The notes under the pieces were generated by a model, which saw only the letters and a list, made by a program, of their open reading frames with translations, was not told where the DNA came from and made no database searches. Below are positions 33,857 to 44,059 of a DNA stretch of 64,000 nt, piece by piece. The first letter of the stretch is position 1. Each line of letters begins with the position of its first letter. The DNA is from Sphaerochaetaceae bacterium (GTDB taxonomy: Bacteria; Spirochaetota; Spirochaetia; Sphaerochaetales; Sphaerochaetaceae): assembly GCA_050950025.1 (NCBI GenBank), contig JBMNGW010000009.1:10145-74144 (forward strand), in the 5' to 3' direction. The translations under genes were made by a program, and so were the position numbers.

Positions 33857-34978
33857 ATGAACAATAGAATACGTCAATCGGTTCTAATCGCTCTTCTTCT
33901 TATGCTCTTTAGCACTGCAATAATCGTTGCCGCACCTGTTCAAGAGATGGAGCTCACTCAAACGAAAATTGTAACTGATATGAGAGGGCGCAGTGTTACA
34001 ATCCCCAGTACCGTTGATACGCTGATTGCTTTGGATGCAGGAGCTCTTCGGCTTGTGAGCTACCTCGATGCCACCAATAAGATCATTGCTGTTGAAGATG
34101 CCGGTCATGGACGAGAGAAAAGTGATTATCCTTTTTTCTATCTAGCAACCTATCGCATCGCCTTTCCTGCGTTAAGAGATCTTCCCAGTATCGGAAGTGC
34201 AGATAACCATGAAGGAATTATTGCAGCAAATCCCGATCTCATTATCTCTTCGGCAGTCGATGTAGCGAAGCTTGATCAACTGCAAAACACTCTTGGCATT
34301 CCTGTTTTTGGCGTCGATGTTGATGTAGAGTTCTACGATATCGACCGATTCTATGACCAACTCCAAAACCTTGGTGCGGTGCTTGGAACGAAGAAGCGGG
34401 CTTCTGAGCTCATTGATGGAATCAAAGCAAGTCTATCCGATCTTGAAAAACGGGCGGCCAAGGTTACCGCTTCAAAAAGGGTCTACGCCGGAGGAATGAT
34501 GTACTATGGTGAAGCCGATCTTTTGCGAACAACTGGGGACTTTCTCCCCTTTGATCTTATGGGAGTACTCAACGTTATGCCAACAAACCCAACTGGCAAT
34601 AGGCAGCCGTATATGACCGGTCTTGAAGATCTTATTGCGGCTGATGCCCACTACATCTTTCTTGATACCGCCAACCTTGCGCTTTCAGAGAAGGGCTACA
34701 ATGAGAACCAAAAAGTCCTTGATCAACTCGTTCCGGCGTTCAAAAACAAAGATGTTTATTCCACCTTTGTTTATAAATACTATGGAACAAACTGGGAGAA
34801 CCAACTAATTAACGTCTATTATGTGGGAAAAGTTCTCTATCCCGAGCTGTTTAGTGATATTTCACTTAAGGCAAAAGCAGAGGAACTTTGGAAACTCTTT
34901 TTCAATGTGGACTTAGATTACGAGAGGGTTTGCGAACTGCAAAAATCTACTCCCAAGCAAGTAGAGTGGTTTAACTAA
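33857..34978 (+). CDS. ABC transporter substrate-binding protein (Fe-siderophore / corrinoid / heme type, cluster A)
   Basis: ATG 33857 with GGAGG at 33847-33851 and a signal peptide. PBP type-8-like sequence (IIALDAGALR, NPDLII). Confidence 0.8.
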   Translation: MNNRIRQSVLIALLLMLFSTAIIVAAPVQEMELTQTKIVTDMRGRSVTIPSTVDTLIALDAGALRLVSYLDATNKIIAVEDAGHGREKSDYPFFYLATYRIAFPALRDLPSIGSADNHEGIIAANPDLIISSAVDVAKLDQLQNTLGIPVFGVDVDVEFYDIDRFYDQLQNLGAVLGTKKRASELIDGIKASLSDLEKRAAKVTASKRVYAGGMMYYGEADLLRTTGDFLPFDLMGVLNVMPTNPTGNRQPYMTGLEDLIAADAHYIFLDTANLALSEKGYNENQKVLDQLVPAFKNKDVYSTFVYKYYGTNWENQLINVYYVGKVLYPELFSDISLKAKAEELWKLFFNVDLDYERVCELQKSTPKQVEWFN

Positions 34979-36025
34979 ATGCAAGAGATTTCCAACCTTT
35001 ATCAGGGGTATCTAAAAAAGAAGCGTCTCTTTTTAGGTGTGCTTTTTCTGCTTCTGCTCGCAGTAAGCGTGATTGCAATCACTGCCGGGAGTATCAAAAT
35101 CCCTTTTTATGAGGTTCTCTCAACAATTATCCGCCTCGATACAAGTAATCGAGGCCGGATTATTTGGGATGTTCGCATGCCCCGTGTACTTGGCGCTATT
35201 TTGGTAGGAGCGGGTTTATCCTTAGCGGGGGTGATGATGCAATCTGTGTTAAAAAACCCGCTGGCATCTCCGTACACCCTCGGTTTATCCAGTGCAGCAG
35301 CATTTGGAGCTTCCTTTGCGATTGTCTTTCTTGGAGCTGGAACCAGCACCACCAGTACAATCATTGTCAGTAACTTTGTTTCCGTTGCCCTCAGTGCTTT
35401 TGTGTTTTCCGTCATCTCAATGGTTGCAATCTTAGCGCTGACGCTGTTAACATCGATTTCGAGTCAAAGTATGGTACTGGCAGGAATCGCAATCGGCTCA
35501 ATCTTCTCCGCAGGCCTTACATTAATGCAGTACCTGGCCAACTCTGTCCAACTTGCTTCAATCGTTTCTTGGACCTTCGGCGATTTGGGGCGGGCGAACT
35601 GGCGAGCTTTGGGGATTATCAGCTTAGCTCTCATTCCCCTTTGGCTTTTGGCACTGTGGTATCGTTGGGACTTTAATGCAATGGATAGCGGGGAGGACTC
35701 GGCAAAAGCCCTTGGAGTTCGGACCAATTCAATCCGAATCTTTGGGATGCTTAGTGCCTCTATCCTTTCGGCAATCATCGTCTCCTTCTTTGGAACAATC
35801 GCATTCATCGGCCTTCTTGGTCCGCATATCGCTCGGCGCCTCATTGGCGGCGATCATCGCTTTCTTTTGGTTGCTTCTCCTTTAATCGGCTCATTCATTT
35901 TACTCATCTCTGACACTTTTGCCCGCACAATTCTCGCTCCTATGGTTCTTCCTGTTGGGATTTTAACCTCCCTTCTTGGCGGACCGCTGTTTATTTATCT
36001 GCTTATTGCTAGGAGGAGGAGATGA
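34979..36025 (+). CDS. FecCD-family ABC transporter permease
   Basis: 348-aa multi-TM ORF with RMPRVLGAILVGAGLSLAGVMMQ and GPHIAR motifs. Confidence 0.88.
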   Translation: MQEISNLYQGYLKKKRLFLGVLFLLLLAVSVIAITAGSIKIPFYEVLSTIIRLDTSNRGRIIWDVRMPRVLGAILVGAGLSLAGVMMQSVLKNPLASPYTLGLSSAAAFGASFAIVFLGAGTSTTSTIIVSNFVSVALSAFVFSVISMVAILALTLLTSISSQSMVLAGIAIGSIFSAGLTLMQYLANSVQLASIVSWTFGDLGRANWRALGIISLALIPLWLLALWYRWDFNAMDSGEDSAKALGVRTNSIRIFGMLSASILSAIIVSFFGTIAFIGLLGPHIARRLIGGDHRFLLVASPLIGSFILLISDTFARTILAPMVLPVGILTSLLGGPLFIYLLIARRRR

Positions 36026-36777
36026 TTCTCGATATTCAAAACCTTTCATTTCGCTATAAGCACAACCTGGTTATTCAAGAGATTGAGTTCACCGCCGAAA
36101 AGGGATCTCTAGTGGCGATTCTCGGAAGAAACGGAGCAGGCAAAACCACATTGCTTAAGTGCATCAATCATGTTCTTAAAAGTCAAACCGGAACAGTTCT
36201 TATAGAGGGAATTGACACAAAAACCCTCCGTCCCCTTCAACTAGCGAGAAAAATCGGTTGGGTTCCCCAAAGTGGCGAGATCTCGCTAATGAACGTCTTT
36301 GATCTTGTCCTTCTTGGTCGCAAGCCTCATTTTACCTGGGCTCCGACAAAAGAAGATTACCAGAAAGTCGAAGAAGCCTTAACAACAATCGGAATTAAAT
36401 CATTGGCTCTTCGCCCTGCCAATCAGTTAAGCGGCGGGGAGTTTCAGCAAGTTCAAATCGCCAGGGCCCTTGCTCAAGACCCTAAGGTGATTCTTTTTGA
36501 TGAGCCAACTAGTAGTTTGGATATCCACAATCAGTATCGCCTTATGTCAACGATTCAAATGATTATTCGTCAAAGCTCGCGCCTTGCTGTGATGGCTGTT
36601 CATGATCTGAACATGGCTTTGCGATACTGTGATAAATTTATTCTCCTTAAGGAGGGGAAAGTCTTTGCTTGCGGTGGCACAGAAGTAATAACCCCCTCTT
36701 CGATTGAAGCAGTCTATGATATTAAGACAAAAGTGGTAGAGGTTGAAAACTACCCAATCGTCGTTCCTGCCAAGTAA
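36022..36777 (+). CDS. ABC transporter ATP-binding protein (FepC/BtuD-like)
   Basis: Walker A GRNGAGKTT, signature LSGGEFQ, Walker B ILFDEPTS. 4-nt overlap with the permease gene. Confidence 0.9.
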   Translation: MILDIQNLSFRYKHNLVIQEIEFTAEKGSLVAILGRNGAGKTTLLKCINHVLKSQTGTVLIEGIDTKTLRPLQLARKIGWVPQSGEISLMNVFDLVLLGRKPHFTWAPTKEDYQKVEEALTTIGIKSLALRPANQLSGGEFQQVQIARALAQDPKVILFDEPTSSLDIHNQYRLMSTIQMIIRQSSRLAVMAVHDLNMALRYCDKFILLKEGKVFACGGTEVITPSSIEAVYDIKTKVVEVENYPIVVPAK

Positions 36778-36783
36778 AAAAAG

Positions 36784-37338
36784 ATGAAAAGCCAAGAGCA
36801 AAGAGCAATACAAAACGCCATTAGGTTCCACCTTGATACTTATCCTGGTGGCACGCTCATCGATTTGTATAAAAGTTTTTTCCAAGATCAGTATGGTCCT
36901 GGGCATTTACTGGAAGACCGAAAGAGGGCGTGGAATTATTTTTCCCTTGAGCTTGATGGGATGAAGAGCCAGAATCGACATACAGGTGAACCGTGTGGGG
37001 CCGGTCGCTCCTTCTACCGTCTCCCCCTTGATTTAGTACTCGATGACATTATTAATAAGAACGATTATTTTGAGGCATTTATTTCAAGTGCCAAAGCAGT
37101 TACCCTTCTCAAAGTAGCAGCTTGGCAACAAAAATGGGATGAAATTATCCTACTCATTAAAGAGGAAAAGAGATTTTTGCCAACTTTTGAAGAGGACCTT
37201 AAAATAATCGATTCACTGCTAAGCAGCGGCTCTTATTTGATAAGCCACAGTCAAACCTACCGCAACCTGTACGATCCTCACTACCGCCTCTTCTCCATCA
37301 AAGAGATGAACTCTCTTAAATACCGCTATCTAGGCTAA
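36784..37338 (+). CDS. conserved-looking hypothetical protein, apparently co-transcribed with the ABC transporter
   Basis: 184-aa ORF starting 6 nt after the ATPase stop. No motif recognised. Confidence 0.5.
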   Translation: MKSQEQRAIQNAIRFHLDTYPGGTLIDLYKSFFQDQYGPGHLLEDRKRAWNYFSLELDGMKSQNRHTGEPCGAGRSFYRLPLDLVLDDIINKNDYFEAFISSAKAVTLLKVAAWQQKWDEIILLIKEEKRFLPTFEEDLKIIDSLLSSGSYLISHSQTYRNLYDPHYRLFSIKEMNSLKYRYLG

Positions 37339-37550
37339 AATCGTACTTTCTTAACCCCAAATTCTTCTTCACTAGGATACAGTGCCACATAAGGTGACAT
37401 GCCAAAAAGATACCTGTGGAGAAAGCTTCACTCCCTTCGGAATACATATGAGCTTGTCAGTTTCTGAGATGCTTCTTTTAAGGATGGATTTAGCCACGGT
37501 AAAACCACTTCTGATTTTATCGATATGCTAAGATTTACAACAGACAGGCT

Positions 37551-38276
37551 TCACCATACATCGATTGACGTCTTTTCGCGAAGGAAATCAAAGACTTCTT
37601 TCACCTTGTTCCTTCTTCGAGCATAACGTAGCATTGAGACTTGGTTGATACGATATGTTGCGAACATCATCTCAATCGCAGAGGGATAGTCACCTTTAAA
37701 AATCATGAGATTCTTGTTTGCAAACAAATCAACAATCAGCTTCTCCAGAGGCACCTGATATGACTCACCATCTGATTTGGGTGCCTCTGAGACCAAGCGG
37801 TCGATGATGATTCCATCATCGGTGCCATATAGCAGTATCTCTTGGGCTTTAGGTCTCAACAGCACCCTGCCCGGGAATCTTTCAACAAGAGCAAAGAACA
37901 CAAAATCCCAACCATCCTTCTCTACCTCGAGGAAGATCTGATTGTGTGCCACTTGGTGATTGAAAAACTCATTGAGCCAGGACAATTCCCAAACTCTATA
38001 GGAAAGCAAAGGAAACTGCTTCTGCATGTACTCGATAACCTGCAAGGCTGTATGGGAATATTTACCGATAAAGACGCTTTTAGTCGGCTCCTTCTCGGCT
38101 TTCTTATATTGATTACGTCCAACTCTGATTAGCAAGGCGGAATCTTGCAGAGTTTCCAACAAATATCTGAGTTGCGTCTTTTTGAAGGTGGGCTCGACAA
38201 TCTGTGCGGCATACAGTATCTGCTGTCTTGTAAACGTGTCATCTGCTAATTTTTGCATGATTGCATACTTGTTCAT
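37551..38276 (-). CDS. AbiEi-like / winged-helix N-terminal domain protein (orphan, no AbiEii partner)
   Basis: From ATG 38276: MNKYAIMQKLADDTFTRQQILY...LLETLQDSALLIRVGRNQYKK, which resembles the AbiEi_4-type wHTH. The C-terminal domain is unassigned. The assignment is tentative. Confidence 0.35.
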   Translation of the reverse strand: MNKYAIMQKLADDTFTRQQILYAAQIVEPTFKKTQLRYLLETLQDSALLIRVGRNQYKKAEKEPTKSVFIGKYSHTALQVIEYMQKQFPLLSYRVWELSWLNEFFNHQVAHNQIFLEVEKDGWDFVFFALVERFPGRVLLRPKAQEILLYGTDDGIIIDRLVSEAPKSDGESYQVPLEKLIVDLFANKNLMIFKGDYPSAIEMMFATYRINQVSMLRYARRRNKVKEVFDFLREKTSIDVW

Positions 38277-38613
38277 ACTTATCACCGCCCAGCCATTTCG
38301 GCAAATATCTATTTTTTTGCCGTTTTGGCTTTTCTCCATGCGAAAGCTATTGTAACAGCTTCTGCCATATAGCGCTTAATTTTTGAGCTTTATTTCAAGT
38401 TTACTAGGCTTGCTACTGTGCACTACGATAAGAAGTCAAACAAAAGGGTAAAAACATAATTTCCTTGATCAAAGAAATTTCATCTTACGTGCTCCCTTGC
38501 ATGCTGCCAGTGTTACTCTCTTTTGACACCTAATGCTGGAAGGCTACTTTGTTTAATTACTCAAAATAAGCAGGACTGTGGTATAGTCAGAGTATTCTCA
38601 TCGGGAGGGATGT

Positions 38614-39315
38614 ATGAAACGGACCATCTTGCTTATCGTTCTTTTTCTTTTAGTCTTGCAAAGTGCTACTGCCCTTGTCCCCTTGTCAATGAGCCTTGGC
38701 TCAAAGATTATCGATATTGCCACCCATAAAGGTAAAACACAAGTGACCCTGCAAGATGGGCAACTTGTCACTTTGGGAGGATCAAGAATCGGTAAATTAA
38801 AACAAACGCTTTTAGAGTATTCCTTTGTCGATCTTCCTTTTGACCAAAGGCTTGATGTGTACCAACAAAGCAGCCAGAACCTTTTGTGGCCCTCCGTTAA
38901 GGGCGCTTTGATTGGTTTTGGCGGCGGCTCGTCTATCCAAGGAGACTGGGTTGGAGGGTTGGTTGGTCTTATTGCCGATACTGCTTCGGCAACTGCCATC
39001 GGAACGGGCTTGGGTCTTATGTTCATCGATATGATAATCCACGGCATGTTTGGCGTTGAATATCCTCCCGATGATTCGGAGCTCTACGATATATCGAAAG
39101 CCTTACTGATTGGCGGAGCAATTGGACTGGGAGCCAGTCGCGTCCTCCAAGCCACTTGGCCTCTGATCTACGGCAGTCGGTACAACAGCACTTTAAGAAA
39201 AGGGTTGGGAATTGACAAAAAAGGCAACGATGCCTTTGCCCTGTCTATTATTCCTTTGCCACAAGCATCGGGGTATATGAGTCTGGTGGTGGCAACAACT
39301 ATCCCCATCGGATAA
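38614..39315 (+). CDS. secreted/membrane Gly-rich protein, possibly P13-family porin-like
   Basis: Signal peptide MKRTILLIVLFLLVLQSATA. The GFGGGSSIQGDWVGGLVGLIAD segment resembles the spirochaetal P13 core as recalled. Confidence 0.4.
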   Translation: MKRTILLIVLFLLVLQSATALVPLSMSLGSKIIDIATHKGKTQVTLQDGQLVTLGGSRIGKLKQTLLEYSFVDLPFDQRLDVYQQSSQNLLWPSVKGALIGFGGGSSIQGDWVGGLVGLIADTASATAIGTGLGLMFIDMIIHGMFGVEYPPDDSELYDISKALLIGGAIGLGASRVLQATWPLIYGSRYNSTLRKGLGIDKKGNDAFALSIIPLPQASGYMSLVVATTIPIG

Positions 39316-39330
39316 AAGCGAGGTCTCAGA

Positions 39331-40236
39331 ATGCAAGAAGCTTTGCTCCTCTTTTTTCAAAAACTCTCCTCTCCGGTATTGGATACCGTAGTTCAAGTAC
39401 TCACGTTTTTTGGCGAAGAGACGGTGTTTATCCTTTTTATTGCCGCTTTATTGTGGTGCTTTTCCAAACAAAAAGGGTTTGCTATCTACAGCTCCCTTTT
39501 TAGTGCCCTTATCGGCATGAGTGTGCTCAAAGCTCTTATCAAATACCCCCGTCCGTTCCAAGTTTTGGGTGACATTGAAGGCAAGCGCCTTTCTACGGCT
39601 ACCGGTTACTCTTTCCCCAGCGGCCATAGTACAGGAGCAGCTGCCTTTTATAGCTCTGTTTCACTTATCTACAAAAAGCGGTGGCTCTCAATTGTCAGTG
39701 CTTTACTAATTGCACTGGTGGGATTATCACGGATCTATTTAGGAGTCCATTGGCCTTTGGATGTCTTTGGAGGCCTTGCTTTAGGAATCGGGGTCTCTTT
39801 TGCTTTAAGCTCTTTCTTCTTTCATCTGTATGAGCAGAAAGAGAAACTAAGGAGCTTTTGTTTTGCCGTTGGCATCGGCAGCACTATTGTTGCCGTTGGA
39901 CTGACGCTTTTACTCATCTTAGAAAAAGCCGATCCGTTGGGCTTTAGTGATCCGATGAAACTCTTTGCCTTAGCAGGCGGAGGGTATTTGGGATTCGCTT
40001 GGGAGCAAAAACATATCAATTATGTCACAGAGGCTAATTTGGCTGTGAAGCTTCTGCGGTTGGTCTTTGGGTTGGCAATCCTTTTTTTCATTCAGAGTCT
40101 GAAAAGCATCTTAGGAGCACATTTGGCAATTACCTTAATACGCTACTACCTCATTGGCCTGTGGGTAACATTTTTGTATCCGTTGATTGGCAGCAAAATT
40201 CCGGTAGGCAACAACCACTATTTCTTTGACTGCTGA
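39331..40236 (+). CDS. PAP2-family phosphatase with extra C-terminal TM region
   Basis: KxxxxxxRP (KALIKYPRP), PSGHS and SRIYLGVHWPLDV motifs. Confidence 0.85.
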   Translation: MQEALLLFFQKLSSPVLDTVVQVLTFFGEETVFILFIAALLWCFSKQKGFAIYSSLFSALIGMSVLKALIKYPRPFQVLGDIEGKRLSTATGYSFPSGHSTGAAAFYSSVSLIYKKRWLSIVSALLIALVGLSRIYLGVHWPLDVFGGLALGIGVSFALSSFFFHLYEQKEKLRSFCFAVGIGSTIVAVGLTLLLILEKADPLGFSDPMKLFALAGGGYLGFAWEQKHINYVTEANLAVKLLRLVFGLAILFFIQSLKSILGAHLAITLIRYYLIGLWVTFLYPLIGSKIPVGNNHYFFDC

Positions 40237-42752
40237 GCAAGTTCAACCATCTGCTGTTGGGTAAGTTTTTCCAGCTCATTGGCATCTTTGCGCATCTCTT
40301 TGGGTAAAGTAAAGTTATCCTTGCCCCATTTTCCGTAGAAACCGTATTTACCGTTGAACACACCTAAGCTTTTACCCTCCAGCGGCTCAAATTCTTTAAG
40401 CGGGGGGGCTGCTCCCCTTTTGCCTGCACCTGGGCGGCGGCCCGGTTTGGGAGTGCGTAACAGTGTAAGGGCCTCTTCCAAGCTTACGGTGAAAACTGCC
40501 TCTTCATTGGCCAAAGAGCGAAATTCTCCGTCACTTCCCACATACGGGCCATAGCGGCCAATAGCGGCAATGACATCTTTGCCCGTATCGGGGTGGATGC
40601 CAATTTGGCGAGGCAGGTTAAGATAATTCACAATCTGCTTTAATTCCATCGTTGCCGGATCAATCCCTTTGGGAACAGAAGAGGTTTTGGGTTTGGGATT
40701 TTCCTCACTCTTTTGCCCCAGTTGGAAATACGGGCCAAATTTTCCACTTAAAAGATAAATGGGCAGTCCACTGTCGGGATCGACTCCTATGCTTTCTAAA
40801 GCATCGCCATTTTTTTTCACCTCTAATAAAGCGGCCAATTGCTCGGCTCCCGTTGTTCCGGGGTACACATCGGCAGGTATTGAGGCATTCAGGTCGCCTT
40901 TGCTGATATACGGGCCGTACTTACCTATCATCACAGCATAGGGATCACTGATATAAGGAATTTCAATCCTTTTGGCATCGGCTGGTTTTACACTCTCCAA
41001 TTTTTCATCTACTTGCTCTTTAAGTCCTTGTTTACCCTCATAGAATGTTTTCAGATAATCAAGTTGGTGGGCCTTGCCTGCGGCAATAGCGTCAAGATGG
41101 CTCTCCATATCGGAAGTAAATTGATATTCAACTAATTGTTCAAAATGCTTTTCCAGCAACTGGACCACAGCAAAGCCGACAAAAGTGGGCAATAGGGCTG
41201 TCCCCTCTTTAACGACATACGCTTTTTCAAACAGACGGTCGATAATGGTTGCATAGGTGGAAGGTCTGCCGATTCCCTGCTTTTCCAACTCTTGAACTAC
41301 AGTGGCTTCGGTAAAGCGGGCAGGAGGTTTGGTCTGGTGTTCAGTATTTTCAAGACTCTTAAGCTCAACAGACTCCTGTTCTTGCATATGGGGCAAAAAT
41401 GTCTCCGAATCTTCAAGTGCAGCTTCGGGGTCATCTTTACCCTCCACATAGGCGCGGATAAATCCGGCAAAAGCAATCCTGTTGCCGCTGGCACCGAAAG
41501 TGGCATCATCAACTTCAATTTTGACAATGGTTGATATTTTTATGGCATCGGCCATCTGACTGGCCACTGTCCGTTTCCAAATTAAATCGTAAAGGGCTTT
41601 TTCAGTCCCTTTTAAAGCAGTTTTATCGGGGTGAACAAATGTTTCCCCCGCAGGGCGAATAGCTTCGTGAGCCTCTTGAGCCGATGAGCTTTTGGCAGAA
41701 TATTGGCGGGAAGTGGGACTCAAATAATCGGAGCCAAAAAGAGAGGCGGCAACATCACGAGCTGCTTTTATCCCCTCTTGGCTCAGTGAAGGAGAGTCGG
41801 TTCGCATGTAGGTAATTAAGCCACTTTCATAGAGCTTTTGAGCAATGCTCATCGTCTGTTTGGCACTGAGGCGGAGTTTACGACTCCCTTCTTGTTGCAA
41901 AGTGGAAGTGATGAAAGGGGGAGCAGGTCGCTGTTTTTTCTCTTTTTCTTCAATTTGGACTACTTTCCATTCTGAGGTGTGTAACCGCTTGGCCAACTCT
42001 GTGGCTCCGTTTTCATCTAGCAGCAGCACCTGTGTTTTTTTCAACTTCCCGGTTGTTGCATCAAAATCTTTGCCGCTAGCCAAACGCTTAGAGCCCACTT
42101 TTTCAAGTCGAGCTGTAAAGCTTTCGTTGCGCTTGGTAATAAGATCGGCTTTCAGCCCCCAGTAATCGGAGCTGACAAATGCCATCCGCTGGCGCTCTCG
42201 TTCGACAATCATTCGCAGTCCCGGACTTTGCACCCGTCCTGCCGAAAGATTTTGCAATGAAAGCTTGCGCCATAAAAAGGGGGAGATGGTGTAGCCGTAG
42301 AGGCGATCGAGAATACGACGGGCCTCTTGAGCTTGGACTAAATCCATATCCAGCTCTCTTCCATGCTCAAGAGCATGGAGAATCGCTTTTTTTGTAATCT
42401 CGTGAAACACCATCCTCTGATACGGTACTTTGGGTTTCAGCAACTCCACTAAATGCCAAGAAATACTCTCACCTTCACGGTCTTCATCCGTTGCCAGTAG
42501 CAGGTGGGAACTGGTGGCAAGTTCTCTTTTGAATTCTCGAATAATTTTCTCTTTGCCTTTGGCAACAACATAATTGGGCTCGTAGTTATTTTGGACATCA
42601 ATTGCAAGATCTTTAGCAGGTAAATCGCGCACATGGCCATTACAAGCCATAACCGTGTAATCAGAAGGGAGAAATTTCTTGATGGTTTTGGCTTTAGTGG
42701 GGGATTCTACAATAATAAGGGTCTTCGTTCCATTTTTCTTCGTATTGGCCAT
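40218..42752 (-). CDS. topA: DNA topoisomerase I with four C-terminal G(K/R)(Y/F)GxY repeats instead of Zn fingers
   Basis: 844-aa ORF with Toprim LIIVESPTKAKT and active-site region ITYMRTDS. C-terminal repeats are GKYGPY, GKFGPY, GRYGPY and GKYGFY, without Cys tetrads. Confidence 0.93.
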   Translation of the reverse strand: MANTKKNGTKTLIIVESPTKAKTIKKFLPSDYTVMACNGHVRDLPAKDLAIDVQNNYEPNYVVAKGKEKIIREFKRELATSSHLLLATDEDREGESISWHLVELLKPKVPYQRMVFHEITKKAILHALEHGRELDMDLVQAQEARRILDRLYGYTISPFLWRKLSLQNLSAGRVQSPGLRMIVERERQRMAFVSSDYWGLKADLITKRNESFTARLEKVGSKRLASGKDFDATTGKLKKTQVLLLDENGATELAKRLHTSEWKVVQIEEKEKKQRPAPPFITSTLQQEGSRKLRLSAKQTMSIAQKLYESGLITYMRTDSPSLSQEGIKAARDVAASLFGSDYLSPTSRQYSAKSSSAQEAHEAIRPAGETFVHPDKTALKGTEKALYDLIWKRTVASQMADAIKISTIVKIEVDDATFGASGNRIAFAGFIRAYVEGKDDPEAALEDSETFLPHMQEQESVELKSLENTEHQTKPPARFTEATVVQELEKQGIGRPSTYATIIDRLFEKAYVVKEGTALLPTFVGFAVVQLLEKHFEQLVEYQFTSDMESHLDAIAAGKAHQLDYLKTFYEGKQGLKEQVDEKLESVKPADAKRIEIPYISDPYAVMIGKYGPYISKGDLNASIPADVYPGTTGAEQLAALLEVKKNGDALESIGVDPDSGLPIYLLSGKFGPYFQLGQKSEENPKPKTSSVPKGIDPATMELKQIVNYLNLPRQIGIHPDTGKDVIAAIGRYGPYVGSDGEFRSLANEEAVFTVSLEEALTLLRTPKPGRRPGAGKRGAAPPLKEFEPLEGKSLGVFNGKYGFYGKWGKDNFTLPKEMRKDANELEKLTQQQMVELAQQSKK

Positions 42753-42874
42753 AATTGTCTACCTTTTGCTGTATATAAGCTCTTTTGCCTAATACAGACG
42801 AACTACAGTTATAGGAAGTGGTTCTCATTTTGTCAACGATTGACAGGGCTCTGATGTAAGGACACAATGGCCTT

Positions 42875-43333
42875 ATGAAACAGCAGCATGCTAAATTAGT
42901 GCTTGGCCTACTGATTATTTTTGGGGGAATTAATCTGATACCCAAAGCATTGGAACTCTCTTTTTCCCTTTTGTTTTCTGGATGGTGGGCGTTATTACTG
43001 AGTTGTATCGCCTTAGCTTCCACTGTTTTTGGTAGTGTCAATCAGTGGGTCGTGGTGTGGCTTTTTCCCCAATCACACAACTGGCTTTCCCTTTGGCTTG
43101 CTACTTCGCTGTTTGTCGGAGGAGCAATCATTATCTTGGGTCTTCTTTTTCTGCTAAAGAGCAAAGATGAGAAAAAATATCATTTTCCCCACTTTTTTCA
43201 TACGCAGAAAAAAGACGATACTGATGCTCCTTCTTACAGTGCCGTTTTTAGTGGAATGGAGATGAATAACAGCTTAATTAATCTAAGCAGCTGTACTTTG
43301 TTGACTATTTTTGGAGGCAGCGAAATTTTGTGA
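42875..43333 (+). CDS. membrane protein with a short LiaF/DUF2154-like C-terminal stub
   Basis: 152-aa ORF with 3-4 TM segments. The tail ...VFSGMEMNN...LLTIFGGSEIL resembles the first repeat of the LiaF C-domain and then stops. Confidence 0.45.
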   Translation: MKQQHAKLVLGLLIIFGGINLIPKALELSFSLLFSGWWALLLSCIALASTVFGSVNQWVVVWLFPQSHNWLSLWLATSLFVGGAIIILGLLFLLKSKDEKKYHFPHFFHTQKKDDTDAPSYSAVFSGMEMNNSLINLSSCTLLTIFGGSEIL

Positions 43334-44058
43334 ATAGGAAGTCCAGTCCTCTGTTAAAAGTTATTAACGTAGCCTTTTTAATTGGTGTGTTGGCTCTCTT
43401 TGGCAGCTGCGCTGTTTTTCAAGGCTTGCAGCTTACCGCCACTTCACAGGGGTGGGCAACAACCGATTTGTATGTCTACGACTTTTTCTTAACACTGCTT
43501 GAAGATTTTGAGCCTTTTTCGGAAACTGAGCGGACTGTCTCAATTATGGATGAACATGTTGATGATGTGATGAGGCAGTTGCATGCTTCACCAAGTGCCA
43601 CTCACATATCGTTAGTCAAAAACAGCAAAAACAGCTATTTCATCGATTTCACTTTCTCCAGCTTAGTTAATTTGCTCAATGATTTGAATCGTAACCAACA
43701 GCAAAATATCATCAGAGTAAAGGGCAACTCGCTCCACTTTTACCTCGATATCGATAATTATCCCCAGCTGGAAAATATGGTCCCCTTTTTACAAGATCCC
43801 AATTTTGAAACTTTTGGACCTTTGTATAACATTGGTATGAGTGAAGAAGAGTATCTTGATATGATTAGCTACATCCTAGGAGAGGAAGGGCCCCCTTCAA
43901 TTGAAAGCAGTATTATCGCACTGAATTTCACCACCCCCTCGCCAATCACCTCTTATAGTGGAGGGGAAAAAACTGGGGCTAATTCAATCCGTTTTGATAT
44001 CCCCCTCATCGATTTTCTGCTACTGGCAACTCCTATTGAGTTTAGTCTTTCGTGGTAA
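43330..44058 (+). CDS. lipoprotein of unknown function
   Basis: 242-aa ORF with lipobox LFGSC. 4-nt overlap with the preceding gene. Confidence 0.55.
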   Translation: MNRKSSPLLKVINVAFLIGVLALFGSCAVFQGLQLTATSQGWATTDLYVYDFFLTLLEDFEPFSETERTVSIMDEHVDDVMRQLHASPSATHISLVKNSKNSYFIDFTFSSLVNLLNDLNRNQQQNIIRVKGNSLHFYLDIDNYPQLENMVPFLQDPNFETFGPLYNIGMSEEEYLDMISYILGEEGPPSIESSIIALNFTTPSPITSYSGGEKTGANSIRFDIPLIDFLLLATPIEFSLSW

Positions 44059-44059
44059 C

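Noticed and set aside
40218-40236. 19-nt overlap of convergent PAP2 and topA 3' ends, considered as a possible mis-called stop or frameshift.
   Set aside because: Both ORFs have complete family-typical C-termini. Short convergent overlaps are common, so this is not evidence of an error.
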